64,000 nt of DNA from contig CACZEL010000004.1 in NCBI GenBank assembly GCA_902780235.1, forward strand, positions 9,402 through 73,401, read 5' to 3'. Below are positions 26,499 through 35,582 of this stretch, in pieces. Under the pieces are notes generated by a model. It was given only the letters and a program-made list of their open reading frames with translations. It was not told the origin of the DNA and searched no databases. Source of the DNA: an uncultured Bacteroidales bacterium (GTDB lineage: Bacteria; Bacteroidota; Bacteroidia; Bacteroidales; Paludibacteraceae). Position 1 is the first letter of the stretch; every line of letters begins with the position of its first letter. The position numbers and the translations under genes are program-made.

Positions 26499-28214
26499 TT
26501 ATTCATTCAATTTGATGTCCTGCGCGTTCATCTGCAGGGTCGAACGACCGCGATAGGTGTTCTCCTCCAGATAGAAGCAGATATCGATACTATTGCCGTT
26601 CTGCAGATGCTCGGCTTTGTCCCCTTGACCGAAAGCGATACCGTCCATGGCCACGATGCGGTCCGTCAGATCCAGATGCAGATGACGTCCCTCACTCACG
26701 GCACGGGTGCTGCGGTTATTGATCAGATGGCGGCAGAGAAAGAGCGGTCGCTCATTGCCCGGACCGAAAGGCTCAAGGCATTGCAGGATCTTGTACATCT
26801 TCCAGTTCATGTCGCTCAGCTCCACCTCGGCTTCGATGTCGAGTGTCGGCACTTGCTGTTCGGGCGTGATATGCGCCGCTACGTACTCTTCGAACCGCCG
26901 TTGGAACTCCGGCAGATCTTTTCGATGCATACTCAGTCCGGCAGCGAACTTATGTCCGCCGAAATTGGTAAGCAGATCCCGACAAGAGTCGATGGCAGTG
27001 TATATATCGAAGTCACTTACCGAACGGGCACTACCGCTGATGATATCATCATCTCCGGCTGTCAACACGATCGTCGGACGGTAATAGGTCTCGGTTAGAC
27101 GGCTGGCCGCAATGCCCACGACGCCTTTATGCCAATCCGGCGAGAAGACCACCGTCGTATGTTTGGTCGCATTCATCGGATCTTGCTGCAGTTGCTCCAG
27201 CGCCTCGTCGGTTGTTTTCGTATCTTTATCCCGCCGGTCCTGGTTATAGGAATCGATGTCTTGCGCAAAGCGCAAAGCGGCCTCTGCATCATCGGTAATG
27301 AGCAGTCGCACGGCTTCTGCCCCACTCTTGATACGTCCGGCTGCATTGATACGCGGACCGAACTTAAAGACCAGATCGCTCATGTTCACCGTCTTACCTT
27401 CGATACCTGCCACTTTCATGATCGCTTGCACGCCTACGGAAGGCGACGCATTGAGTGCACGGAGACCGTAGAAAGCAAGGATGCGGTTTTCTCCCGTCAA
27501 CGGCACCACATCCGACGCGATAGACATCGCCAGCAGCGGCAAGAGACGATAGACCTGCTGCATGGGTAGCAGACGCCGTTGGGCGTATGCTTGCACCAGC
27601 TTGAAACCGACACCGCACCCGCTCAGTTCCTTATACGGATAATGGCAGTCAGCCCGTTTCATGTTCAGCACGGCTACTGCTTCGGGGATGACATCTCCCG
27701 GCGTATGGTGGTCGCAGATGATGAAATCCACACCAATGGACTTGGCGTATTGCATCTTCTCCACCGACTTGATACCGCAGTCGAGCGCAATGACAAGCGT
27801 ACATCCTTTCTCTTTGGCAGTATCGATACCCTTGGTGGAGATACCATATCCCTCCGTATAACGGTCGGGGATATAATAAATGAGATTATCTGTCTGGGTC
27901 TTGAGGAACGAATACATCAGGGCTACGGCAGTAGTACCGTCCACATCGTAATCACCATAGACCATGATCCGTTCGTGATTATCGATAGCCTGACAAAGAC
28001 GGTCCACTGCTAAGCCCATATCGCGCATGAGGAAGGGATCATGCAAGCTGTCCAGCGACGGCCGGATATACGACCGCGCTTCGGCTGCGGTACGGATACC
28101 GCGTCCCGCCAAGATACGTCCTGCCACCGGACTGATCTCCAGTTCGGCACTCAGACGCTCAGCCGCTTGCTGCTCCTCCTGCGTCAATTCTTTTATTTTC
28201 CAGTTAATATCCAA
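26499..28214 (-). CDS. recJ: Single-stranded-DNA-specific exonuclease RecJ
   Basis: DHH motifs (GDYDVDG, DCGI, ICDHH) and the DHHA1 motif GGHKFAAG. TTG start 7 nt after the upstream stop. Confidence 0.95.
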   Translation of the reverse strand: MDINWKIKELTQEEQQAAERLSAELEISPVAGRILAGRGIRTAAEARSYIRPSLDSLHDPFLMRDMGLAVDRLCQAIDNHERIMVYGDYDVDGTTAVALMYSFLKTQTDNLIYYIPDRYTEGYGISTKGIDTAKEKGCTLVIALDCGIKSVEKMQYAKSIGVDFIICDHHTPGDVIPEAVAVLNMKRADCHYPYKELSGCGVGFKLVQAYAQRRLLPMQQVYRLLPLLAMSIASDVVPLTGENRILAFYGLRALNASPSVGVQAIMKVAGIEGKTVNMSDLVFKFGPRINAAGRIKSGAEAVRLLITDDAEAALRFAQDIDSYNQDRRDKDTKTTDEALEQLQQDPMNATKHTTVVFSPDWHKGVVGIAASRLTETYYRPTIVLTAGDDDIISGSARSVSDFDIYTAIDSCRDLLTNFGGHKFAAGLSMHRKDLPEFQRRFEEYVAAHITPEQQVPTLDIEAEVELSDMNWKMYKILQCLEPFGPGNERPLFLCRHLINNRSTRAVSEGRHLHLDLTDRIVAMDGIAFGQGDKAEHLQNGNSIDICFYLEENTYRGRSTLQMNAQDIKLNE

Positions 28215-28216
28215 AA

Positions 28217-28240
28217 CCTTTCACTTTTCACCTTTCACCT
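28217..28240. repeat. Heptamer block at the hydrolase/recJ junction
   Basis: CCTTTCACTTTTCACCTTTCACCT (complement of the GAAAGGT family). Confidence 0.85.
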
Positions 28241-29027
28241 CGTATTCGTCCGCTTCCTGCCATTGTGGCAACACTTCCCTAAAATGTCTCAGTTTTTCGA
28301 TGGACAAGTCCACGATCTTCGTGCCTTCTTCGTAGTCCTCGAAGCCTGCTACATCCTTGAGCCATGTGTCGTACGCCGCCGAATGCCCGTTATAATCGAG
28401 TTGCAGTCCGTCCGTACCGACCATATTGACGCCGATGCCGTAACAGTGGTTCTCCGCTGCACGGGCTGCCAAGAGTGCATCCCAGTACTGGATTCGTATC
28501 GTCGGCCAGCATGCCACTACGATCAGGATGTCGTACAAGTTATGCTTATCCTGCCTCAGCCACACCGGAAAACGCAGGTCGTAGCATACTGCCAAACGGA
28601 TCTTGACCCCGCGATACTCGAAGATCTTCCGTTCCTGACCTGGCGTGAAGAACTCCGCTTCCCCACCGCTCGCATACAGATGATGCTTGTCGTAATACTG
28701 CGGCGCGCTATTAGGCGAGAAGAGAAAACCGCGGTTTCGAAGTCCGCTAACCCTTTCATCCCCTAATCCGCTAACCCTTACGATCAACGAGCCCACGATA
28801 GCGAGGTTATACTCATCCGCCATCCGTTGCAGTGCTTGGCATGTCGGTCCGCTTTCCCACGGTTCTGCCAACCCGGGACGGTCGGTACAGAAACCCGTAC
28901 TGAACATCTCCGGCACAACGGCGATGTCCGCCTGACCGGCTATCGCCCGCAGACGTTCGTCCAGCAGACCTATGTTCGCTTGCGGATCTGCCCAAACAAT
29001 CGGATATTGGAGAAGAGCGATTTTCAC
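28221..29027 (-). CDS. Carbon-nitrogen hydrolase (nitrilase superfamily, YafV/omega-amidase-like)
   Basis: MKIALLQYPIVWADP..., VVPEMFSTGF (Glu), YDKHHL (Lys), LAVCYDLRFP (Cys). Confidence 0.85.
   Translation of the reverse strand: MKIALLQYPIVWADPQANIGLLDERLRAIAGQADIAVVPEMFSTGFCTDRPGLAEPWESGPTCQALQRMADEYNLAIVGSLIVRVSGLGDERVSGLRNRGFLFSPNSAPQYYDKHHLYASGGEAEFFTPGQERKIFEYRGVKIRLAVCYDLRFPVWLRQDKHNLYDILIVVACWPTIRIQYWDALLAARAAENHCYGIGVNMVGTDGLQLDYNGHSAAYDTWLKDVAGFEDYEEGTKIVDLSIEKLRHFREVLPQWQEADEYEVKGEK
28742..28780. repeat. Repeat-core-repeat insertion inside the hydrolase gene, in frame
   Basis: CCGCTAACCCTT - TCATCCCCTAAT - CCGCTAACCCTT. It encodes ..VRVSGLGDERVSGL.. . Confidence 0.85.
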
Positions 29028-29028
29028 T

Positions 29029-29058
29029 TTAGCTGTTAACTATTAGCTGTTGGCTATT
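29029..29058. repeat. Heptamer block at the floA/hydrolase junction
   Basis: TTAGCTGTTAACTATTAGCTGTTGGCTATT. Confidence 0.85.
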
Positions 29059-30031
29059 TCTTTTTCTTTTCCGTTCCGGTACCGGCTATATTCTCACGCA
29101 TGGCGGTATCAGCCTGCATGTTCTGCATGCGGTAATAATCCATGATACCGAGGTTGCCGTTACGGAAAGCCTCCGCCATCGCTTGCGGCACGAGTGCTTC
29201 AGCCTCAATCACTTTGGCACGTGCTTCCTGCGCCTTCGCTTTCATCTCCTGCTCTTGGGCAATGGCCATCGCACGACGCTCTTCGGCTTTGGCTTGCGCA
29301 ATATTCTTATCCGCCTCCGCCTGATCCATCTGCAGTTGGGCACCGATATTCTTACCTACATCAATATCCGCGATATCGATAGACAGGATCTCAAACGCCG
29401 TTCCGTCATCCAATCCTTTGGAGAGCACTAATTTACTGATGGAATCGGGGTTTTCGAGCACTTGTTTATGGCTCTCAGCACTACCGATCGAGCTGACGAT
29501 ACCTTCACCTACACGGGCAAGGATGGTGTCTTCACCGGCGCCACCAACGAGTTGGCGGATGTTTGCACGAACCGTCACACGGGCTTTGGCGATCAACTGA
29601 ATACCGTCTTTGGCTACCGCAGCTACCGGCGGCGTATCAATCACGCGAGGGTTAACAGACATCTGTACGGCCTCGAACACATCACGACCGGCAAGGTCAA
29701 TCGCCGTAGCCATCTGGAAAGAGAGGTCGATACCGGCTTTGGAAGCCGATACGAGAGCATGTACCACACGCTCGATATGCCCTCCGGCGAGATAGTGCGC
29801 TTCCAGACCGTCACGCTTCACCTCTACCAGACCCGCCTTGTGCGCCTCGATCATGCAATTGACGATCTTTGCAGGCGGCACCTTACGGATGCGCATCAAG
29901 AAGAGCTGTACCAAACTGATATGTACTCCGCTCACGGCTGCGTTGATCCACAGCATGAAAGGTACATAATAAAAGAAGATGATCAGGCCGATACTAATCA
30001 GCACAATCAGAATTACATTTAAAACTTCCAT
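29054..30031 (-). CDS. floA: Flotillin-like protein FloA (UPF0365/YqfA, SPFH)
   Basis: N-terminal TM segment, ..[24 protein letters not shown].. and an Ala/Glu-rich coiled-coil tail. Confidence 0.85.
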   Translation of the reverse strand: MEVLNVILIVLISIGLIIFFYYVPFMLWINAAVSGVHISLVQLFLMRIRKVPPAKIVNCMIEAHKAGLVEVKRDGLEAHYLAGGHIERVVHALVSASKAGIDLSFQMATAIDLAGRDVFEAVQMSVNPRVIDTPPVAAVAKDGIQLIAKARVTVRANIRQLVGGAGEDTILARVGEGIVSSIGSAESHKQVLENPDSISKLVLSKGLDDGTAFEILSIDIADIDVGKNIGAQLQMDQAEADKNIAQAKAEERRAMAIAQEQEMKAKAQEARAKVIEAEALVPQAMAEAFRNGNLGIMDYYRMQNMQADTAMRENIAGTGTEKKKK

Positions 30032-30039
30032 GTTATTTA

Positions 30040-30357
30040 TTATTTGTCATTATCCTCTTTCTTGAGTTTGTTGTTCGCCAACTCGACATGGCTGTCGATC
30101 TTACTGTCCAACGCCATCTTATCAAGCGCTTTACTGCGCAAGAAACCCCAGATAGCCAGACCGGACACCAGCAAGCATGCCGCCAAGGTGATGTAACCGG
30201 CAATATGACCTATCTTGATCCATGCCAACACCACGGCTCCGACTAAGGCAGCGAAACCGCCTATTCCTGCCACGCCGAAACCCGGCAGAAGGAACATCTC
30301 CATTAATAATAACGCGACGCCCGCGAGCACTAATAATACGACTAAAAAAACGTTCAT
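30040..30357 (-). CDS. NfeD-like membrane protein
   Basis: Three hydrophobic helices (..[12 protein letters not shown]..), directly upstream of floA as in nfeD-floA pairs. Confidence 0.6.
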   Translation of the reverse strand: MNVFLVVLLVLAGVALLLMEMFLLPGFGVAGIGGFAALVGAVVLAWIKIGHIAGYITLAACLLVSGLAIWGFLRSKALDKMALDSKIDSHVELANNKLKKEDNDK

Positions 30358-30405
30358 GCAAGTATTTTATTAAAAATTTTTCAACTATTTTTTCAAAATC
30401 GGCTG

Positions 30406-30437
30406 CAAAGATACAAAATATCTTTGATATACGCAAG
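30406..30437 (-). promoter_or_regulatory. Promoter for the nfeD-floA... minus-strand array
   Basis: The minus strand reads CTTG-N20-TATCTTTG. Confidence 0.6.
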
Positions 30438-30450
30438 CGAATAAAAAAAA

Positions 30451-30482
30451 TTTGCACAAATAAATTAATTATACTACTTTTG
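30451..30482 (+). promoter_or_regulatory. Promoter for topA
   Basis: TTTG-N20-TACTTTTG, divergent from the promoter at 30406-30437. Confidence 0.65.
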
Positions 30483-30518
30483 CAGCCGATTTTTTGGAGG
30501 GTACACCTTAAATATTAT

Positions 30519-30564
30519 AGTTGAAAGGTGAAAGTTGAAAGTTGAAAGAAGGTGAAAGGTAAAA
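30519..30564. repeat. Heptamer block in the topA leader
   Basis: AGTTGAAAGGTGAAAGTTGAAAGTTGAAAGAAGGTGAAAGGTAAAA. Confidence 0.9.
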
Positions 30565-30570
30565 TTGATT

Positions 30571-32886
30571 ATGAGTAAAAATTTGGTTATAGTAGAGTCA
30601 CCGGGTAAGGTAAAAACGATCAAGTCGTTTCTGGGAGATGATTTCAAAGTGATGAGTAGTCAGGGGCATATCCGTGACATCGAACCGAAAGGTAAAAACT
30701 CCTTAGGTATCGATCTGGAGAACGGATACCAACCAAACTACGTCATCGACGCCAACAAAGAGCGTCTGGTGGAAGACTTACGCAAAGAGGTCAGCAAGTC
30801 GGATGTCGTTTGGTTGGCTTCCGATGAAGACCGTGAAGGAGAAGCGATCGCTTGGCATTTATACGATGTATTGGGCCTGCAGAACAAAGAAACTCATCGT
30901 ATCGTTTTCTCGTCCATCACCAAAAGCGATGTCTTGGACGGAATCGCCCATCCGCGCGATATCGATTATAACCTCGTCGATGCCCAACAGGCACGTCGTG
31001 TGCTGGACCGCATCGTGGGATTTGAGTTGTCGCCTATCCTGTGGAAGAAAGTGACGACAGGTCTTTCGGCCGGTCGTGTACAGTCGGTAGCGGTACGTCT
31101 GATCGTGGAGAAAGAGCGGGAGATAGAGTCTTTCCGTGCTTCGTCCGCTTACCGCGTCTTTGCGGATTTCGTGGGCGCGAACCCGGGAGATGCATCAGTA
31201 CTCCGATGCGAACTGAACCATCGTTTCTCGCATAAGAAAGATGCGATTGAGTTCTTGGAGAGCCTCAACACGGCGCAGTTCATCGTTCGCGATGTACAAC
31301 GCAAACCCGTGACGCACATGCCGGCTCCGCCTTTCACGACCTCTACGCTCCAGCAGGAAGCGGCTCGTAAGCTCAAGTTCACAGTCTCGAAGACCATGCG
31401 TCTGGCTCAGTCGTTGTACGAGAGCGGAGCGATCACCTACATGCGTACCGACTCGGTCAACCTGTCCGCTTTGGCGCTGGCCACCAGCAAAGAGGTCATC
31501 GCAGACCAGTACGGCAAAGAGTATGTACATACCCGCCAATATCGCACCAAGTCCAAAGGGGCACAAGAGGCACACGAAGCCATCCGTCCGGCGTATATGG
31601 ACCGTCTCAGTGCCGGTACGACCAAAGATGAGCAGCGCCTGTACGAACTAATCTGGAAGCGAACCATCGCCAGCCAGATGTCCGAGGCACAGAGCGAGAA
31701 AACGACCATCGAGGTATCGATCCACGGCAGTAAGTACGCTTTTGTCGCTACCGGCGAGGTGATCACTTTTGACGGTTTCACACGCGTCTATGTCCAATCG
31801 ACCGACGAAGCGGAAGAAGAACGTCATCTGTTACCGGCAATGTCTCCGCGTGAGCGACTGAAACTGCAAAATGCCGAAGCGATCCAGACCTACGCCAAAC
31901 CGCCTTTCCGCTATAACGACGCAACGCTCGTCAAGCGTATGGAGGAACTCGGTATCGGTCGTCCTTCTACGTACGCCACCATCATCGACACCATCCAGCA
32001 CGTCAAATATGTGGAGAAAGGATCCGTTCCCGGTGTCAAACGCGACATCGCCATCCTCACGCTCAAGAACGGCATGGTCATCGAGAAACAGAAGAGCGAG
32101 ATGTACGGCGCGGATGCACAACGCTTCCTGCCTACCGACTTGGGACGCATGACCAATGATTTCCTCGTGGAGTATTTCCCATCCATCCTCAGTTATGACT
32201 TCACGGCGCATGAGGAGGAGCAGTTCGACCGCATTGCAGCCGGCAGAGCCGAATGGGTGGCTACCGTCGATCGGTTCTACAAGACTTTCCAACCGCTCTT
32301 GGCAGCCGTGCCGGCAGGCAAAGTGGAAGGACGGTTCTTGGGCAACGACCCGGAGAGCGGACAGCCCGTCATCGCGAAGATCAGCAAGATCGGTCCGTGC
32401 GTACAGATGGGGGACTCCGCGGATGCCAAACCGCGTTTCGCGAGTCTGAAGAAGAATCAGTCCATCTATACCATCACGCTGGCAGAAGCGTTGGATCTAT
32501 TCAAGACGGCATTGCCGATCACGTTGGGTGAGTTCGCCGGTCTGCCGGTAGTGGTAGGAGAAGGCAAGTACGGACCGTATGTACATTACGACAAGTATTT
32601 CATCTCCATTCCCAAAGGCAAAGACCCGCTGACGCTGAAGATGGACGAGGCGGTGGCACTCATCGCAGAGAAGCAACAGACCGCCACGCCGATTCACGAG
32701 TGGGGTGAGGTACAGGTACTCAACGGCAAATATGGCGCATATATCCATACTGCGGAAGGCAATTATCAGTTGCCAAAGAACCTCGATCCGCAGACCGTGA
32801 CCGAAGAGCAAGTTCGCGAAATTATGGCAAAAAACGAGCCAATTAAGCCCGGAAAACGCACTTTTAGACGAAAAAGTGCAAAATAA
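30571..32886 (+). CDS. topA: DNA topoisomerase I
   Basis: Toprim MSKNLVIVESPGKVKTI, ..DEDREGEAI.., active-site ..ITYMRTDS.. . ATG 30571 is preferred over the TTG 30565 used by the track. Confidence 0.95.
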   Translation: MSKNLVIVESPGKVKTIKSFLGDDFKVMSSQGHIRDIEPKGKNSLGIDLENGYQPNYVIDANKERLVEDLRKEVSKSDVVWLASDEDREGEAIAWHLYDVLGLQNKETHRIVFSSITKSDVLDGIAHPRDIDYNLVDAQQARRVLDRIVGFELSPILWKKVTTGLSAGRVQSVAVRLIVEKEREIESFRASSAYRVFADFVGANPGDASVLRCELNHRFSHKKDAIEFLESLNTAQFIVRDVQRKPVTHMPAPPFTTSTLQQEAARKLKFTVSKTMRLAQSLYESGAITYMRTDSVNLSALALATSKEVIADQYGKEYVHTRQYRTKSKGAQEAHEAIRPAYMDRLSAGTTKDEQRLYELIWKRTIASQMSEAQSEKTTIEVSIHGSKYAFVATGEVITFDGFTRVYVQSTDEAEEERHLLPAMSPRERLKLQNAEAIQTYAKPPFRYNDATLVKRMEELGIGRPSTYATIIDTIQHVKYVEKGSVPGVKRDIAILTLKNGMVIEKQKSEMYGADAQRFLPTDLGRMTNDFLVEYFPSILSYDFTAHEEEQFDRIAAGRAEWVATVDRFYKTFQPLLAAVPAGKVEGRFLGNDPESGQPVIAKISKIGPCVQMGDSADAKPRFASLKKNQSIYTITLAEALDLFKTALPITLGEFAGLPVVVGEGKYGPYVHYDKYFISIPKGKDPLTLKMDEAVALIAEKQQTATPIHEWGEVQVLNGKYGAYIHTAEGNYQLPKNLDPQTVTEEQVREIMAKNEPIKPGKRTFRRKSAK

Positions 32887-32907
32887 TTGCAAAAAAATGC
32901 AGAATTA

Positions 32908-32939
32908 TTTGGTCAATTCAAAAAAAAGCAGTACTTTTG
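32908..32939 (+). promoter_or_regulatory. Promoter about 210 nt upstream of tRNA-Pro
   Basis: TTTG-N20-TACTTTTG. Confidence 0.6.
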
Positions 32940-33151
32940 CACCCGCTTTCGATGGAAAGCCTCTGGTTTGATGGATTTTCAACAGCGAGAATTCACGCAG
33001 AGAGGAGATTGTTTTAAGGAGTAAAGGAGGGCTGGGTTCCCTGCTTTATGACTATCAAAACAACGAACTCTCAAGGGATTCCGAGGAGATTTGCGGAGCA
33101 AATTCGAGAAAATTTTGCTCGGCAAAATAATCGAAGCGAACTGAAAGTGAG

Positions 33152-33224
33152 CGAGAAGTAGCGCAGTTGGTAGCGCACTACGTTCGGGACGTAGGGGTCG
33201 GGTGTTCGAGTCACCTCTTCTCGA
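33152..33224 (+). tRNA. tRNA-Pro (anticodon CGG)
   Basis: CGAGAAGTAGCGCAGTTGGTAGCGCACTACGTTCGGGACGTAGGGGTCGGGTGTTCGAGTCACCTCTTCTCGA. Hand-folded cloverleaf with anticodon loop TTCGGGA. No CCA is encoded. Confidence 0.9.
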
Positions 33225-33227
33225 CAA

Positions 33228-33256
33228 AAAAGACAGTCAAACGGCTGTCTTTTTTG
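33228..33256 (+). terminator. Hairpin plus T-run after tRNA-Pro
   Basis: AGACAG-TCAAACGG-CTGTCT followed by TTTTT. Confidence 0.65.
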
Positions 33257-33284
33257 GAAAAAGGACAATTTAACATAGCAATAT

Positions 33285-34775
33285 ATGGCTAATTTTCAAA
33301 AACTGACTCCTCGTAGCGAGGATTACTCCAAGTGGTACAATGAACTCGTAGTGAAAGCCGATCTGGCTGAACAGAGTGCCGTTCGCGGATGCATGGTGAT
33401 CAAACCCTATGGCTACGCCATCTGGGAAACGATCCAGGCTGAACTCGATCGCCGATTCAAAGAGAAAGGGGTGAAGAACGCCTATTTCCCGCTCTTGATT
33501 CCGAAATCGTTCTTAAGTCGTGAGGCAGAACACGTAGAGGGTTTTGCCAAAGAGTGCGCCGTAGTGACGCACCATCGTCTGATGAACGATCCGAACGGCA
33601 AGGGTGTCGTTGTTGATCCGAACGCACGCTTGGAAGAAGAACTCATCATCCGTCCGACCTCCGAGACCATCATCTGGAGCACGTACAAGAACTGGATCTC
33701 GTCCTATCGCGACCTGCCTATCCTGTGCAACCAATGGTGTAACGTCATGCGTTGGGAGATGCGTACGCGTCTTTTCCTGCGTACGGCCGAGTTCCTCTGG
33801 CAGGAAGGTCATACGGCTCATGCTACCAAAGAGGAGGCAGAAGACTACGCCCGCGACATGCTAGACGTTTATGCCGATTTCGCAGAGAACGTGATGGCCA
33901 TTCCGGTTGTCAAAGGTGTCAAGAGCCCGAACGAGCGTTTTGCAGGAGCCCTCAACACCTATTGCATCGAAGCCATGATGCAGGACGGTAAGGCACTGCA
34001 AGCCGGTACAAGTCACTTCCTCGGTCAGAACTTCGCGAAGTCGTTCGATGTGCAGTTCCTCAGCAAGGAGAACAAATACGAGTACGTATGGGCAACCTCT
34101 TGGGGCGTATCGACCCGTCTGATGGGTGCGCTCATCATGACCCACTCCGACGACAGCGGTCTCGTTCTGCCGCCGCACTTGGCACCGATCCAAGTAGTCA
34201 TCGTGCCGATCTTCAAAGCCCCCGAACAACTGGCGGCTCTCATGGAGAAACTCAACCCGATCGCCGATCAACTCAAGGCGCTCGGCATCCGCGTCAAAGT
34301 GGATAGCGACGAGAAATACACGCCGGGATATAAGTTCGCAGACTACGAACTGAAGGGTGTGCCGGTTCGTCTGGCGATGGGCGGTCGCGACCTCGAGAAC
34401 AACACGATCGAGATCGCTCGTCGTGACACGCAGACCAAAGAGACCATCTCGTTGGACGGTATCGTGGAGAAGATCCAAGCGCTGCTTGAGGAGATCCAGA
34501 AGAACCTGCTCAAGAAAGCACTCGATTTCCGTATCGCCAACACCCGCGAGGTGAACACGTACGATGAGTTCAAAGAGGAACTGAAGAAAGGCGGCTTCCT
34601 GCTCGCACACTGGGACGGCACGGCAGAGACCGAGCAACGCATCAAGGATGAGACCAAAGCGACGATCCGTTGTATTCCTCTGGCTGACCTGCCGGGTCAT
34701 CACAACGAACCGGGCAAGTGCATCCTCACCGGAAAACCGTCCGCCGGACGCGTGATCTTCGCACTCAATTACTAA
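33285..34775 (+). CDS. proS: Proline--tRNA ligase (archaeal/eukaryote-like short type)
   Basis: Class II motifs (..IRPTSET.., ..[16 protein letters not shown].., ..[10 protein letters not shown]..) and a C-terminal ..GRVIFALNY. Confidence 0.95.
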   Translation: MANFQKLTPRSEDYSKWYNELVVKADLAEQSAVRGCMVIKPYGYAIWETIQAELDRRFKEKGVKNAYFPLLIPKSFLSREAEHVEGFAKECAVVTHHRLMNDPNGKGVVVDPNARLEEELIIRPTSETIIWSTYKNWISSYRDLPILCNQWCNVMRWEMRTRLFLRTAEFLWQEGHTAHATKEEAEDYARDMLDVYADFAENVMAIPVVKGVKSPNERFAGALNTYCIEAMMQDGKALQAGTSHFLGQNFAKSFDVQFLSKENKYEYVWATSWGVSTRLMGALIMTHSDDSGLVLPPHLAPIQVVIVPIFKAPEQLAALMEKLNPIADQLKALGIRVKVDSDEKYTPGYKFADYELKGVPVRLAMGGRDLENNTIEIARRDTQTKETISLDGIVEKIQALLEEIQKNLLKKALDFRIANTREVNTYDEFKEELKKGGFLLAHWDGTAETEQRIKDETKATIRCIPLADLPGHHNEPGKCILTGKPSAGRVIFALNY

Positions 34776-34832
34776 TTGGCACGATATTTGTGCTTGCAGC
34801 TGAAAGCGGTCCAACAGTAAAAAGGTCTAACA

Positions 34833-35417
34833 GTGAAACGGTCTTTCAGCATAGCGATCTTATTGTTGGCAGTGGGCATAAATTTGTTCGCTGCCAAACA
34901 GTATATGGACTCTTGCATGCTGCGCGTGCAGGACGGCGATACGATGTATCTGGCGTATCTGCATGAGGTTTGGGTCTATCCGCCCATGCAGTTCAAGAAC
35001 AAGAAACAGGAGAAATTCTATTGGCGCACCGTGCGGGACGTCAAGAAATGCCTACCCTACGCCAAGATGATCACCGCCGACATGGCGTACGCCGATGCCG
35101 AACTCGCCAAACTGCCGGATACCAAAAGCCGCAAGAAATGGTGGCGTAACTTCGAGCGCAAGCTCTATAAGAAATACGAGAAAGATTTCCGCGACATGTA
35201 CGCCTCACAGGGCCTCATGCTCATGAAACTCATGGATCGCGAAACGGACAAAACCAGCTACCAACTCATCGAGCAGTACAAAGGCAAAGCCGCCGCGAAT
35301 TTCTGGCAGTTCGTTGCCAAACTCTTCAAGAACGACCTCAAAGAGGAGTACGACGCCTCCGACAGAGATCGCATCATCGAACGCGTCATCAACCTCGTCG
35401 AAGCCGGACAGCTTTGA
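34833..35417 (+). CDS. Secreted hypothetical protein (DUF4294-like)
   Basis: GTG start and signal peptide MKRSFSIAILLLAVGINLFA. The family name is from memory only. Confidence 0.5.
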   Translation: MKRSFSIAILLLAVGINLFAAKQYMDSCMLRVQDGDTMYLAYLHEVWVYPPMQFKNKKQEKFYWRTVRDVKKCLPYAKMITADMAYADAELAKLPDTKSRKKWWRNFERKLYKKYEKDFRDMYASQGLMLMKLMDRETDKTSYQLIEQYKGKAAANFWQFVAKLFKNDLKEEYDASDRDRIIERVINLVEAGQL

Positions 35418-35582
35418 CGAGTTTTACTCCCGATAAAATCTGCATACTTATATCCTTTTCATTTTTAGTGCTTTACAATCTACTTTTCGTATGCAATGCA
35501 CAAATTCAACGAAATTCCGTCCTTAGGTTCGCGAACGGCATAATTTTTGTAGGAGATATTAAACTAAAAAGAAGGAGAAGGT

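Noticed and set aside
32940-33151. A T-box or other known riboswitch in the tRNA-Pro/proS leader
   Set aside because: I could not recognise a T-box sequence, a specifier loop or any other known riboswitch core by eye. It is left as an unexplained leader.
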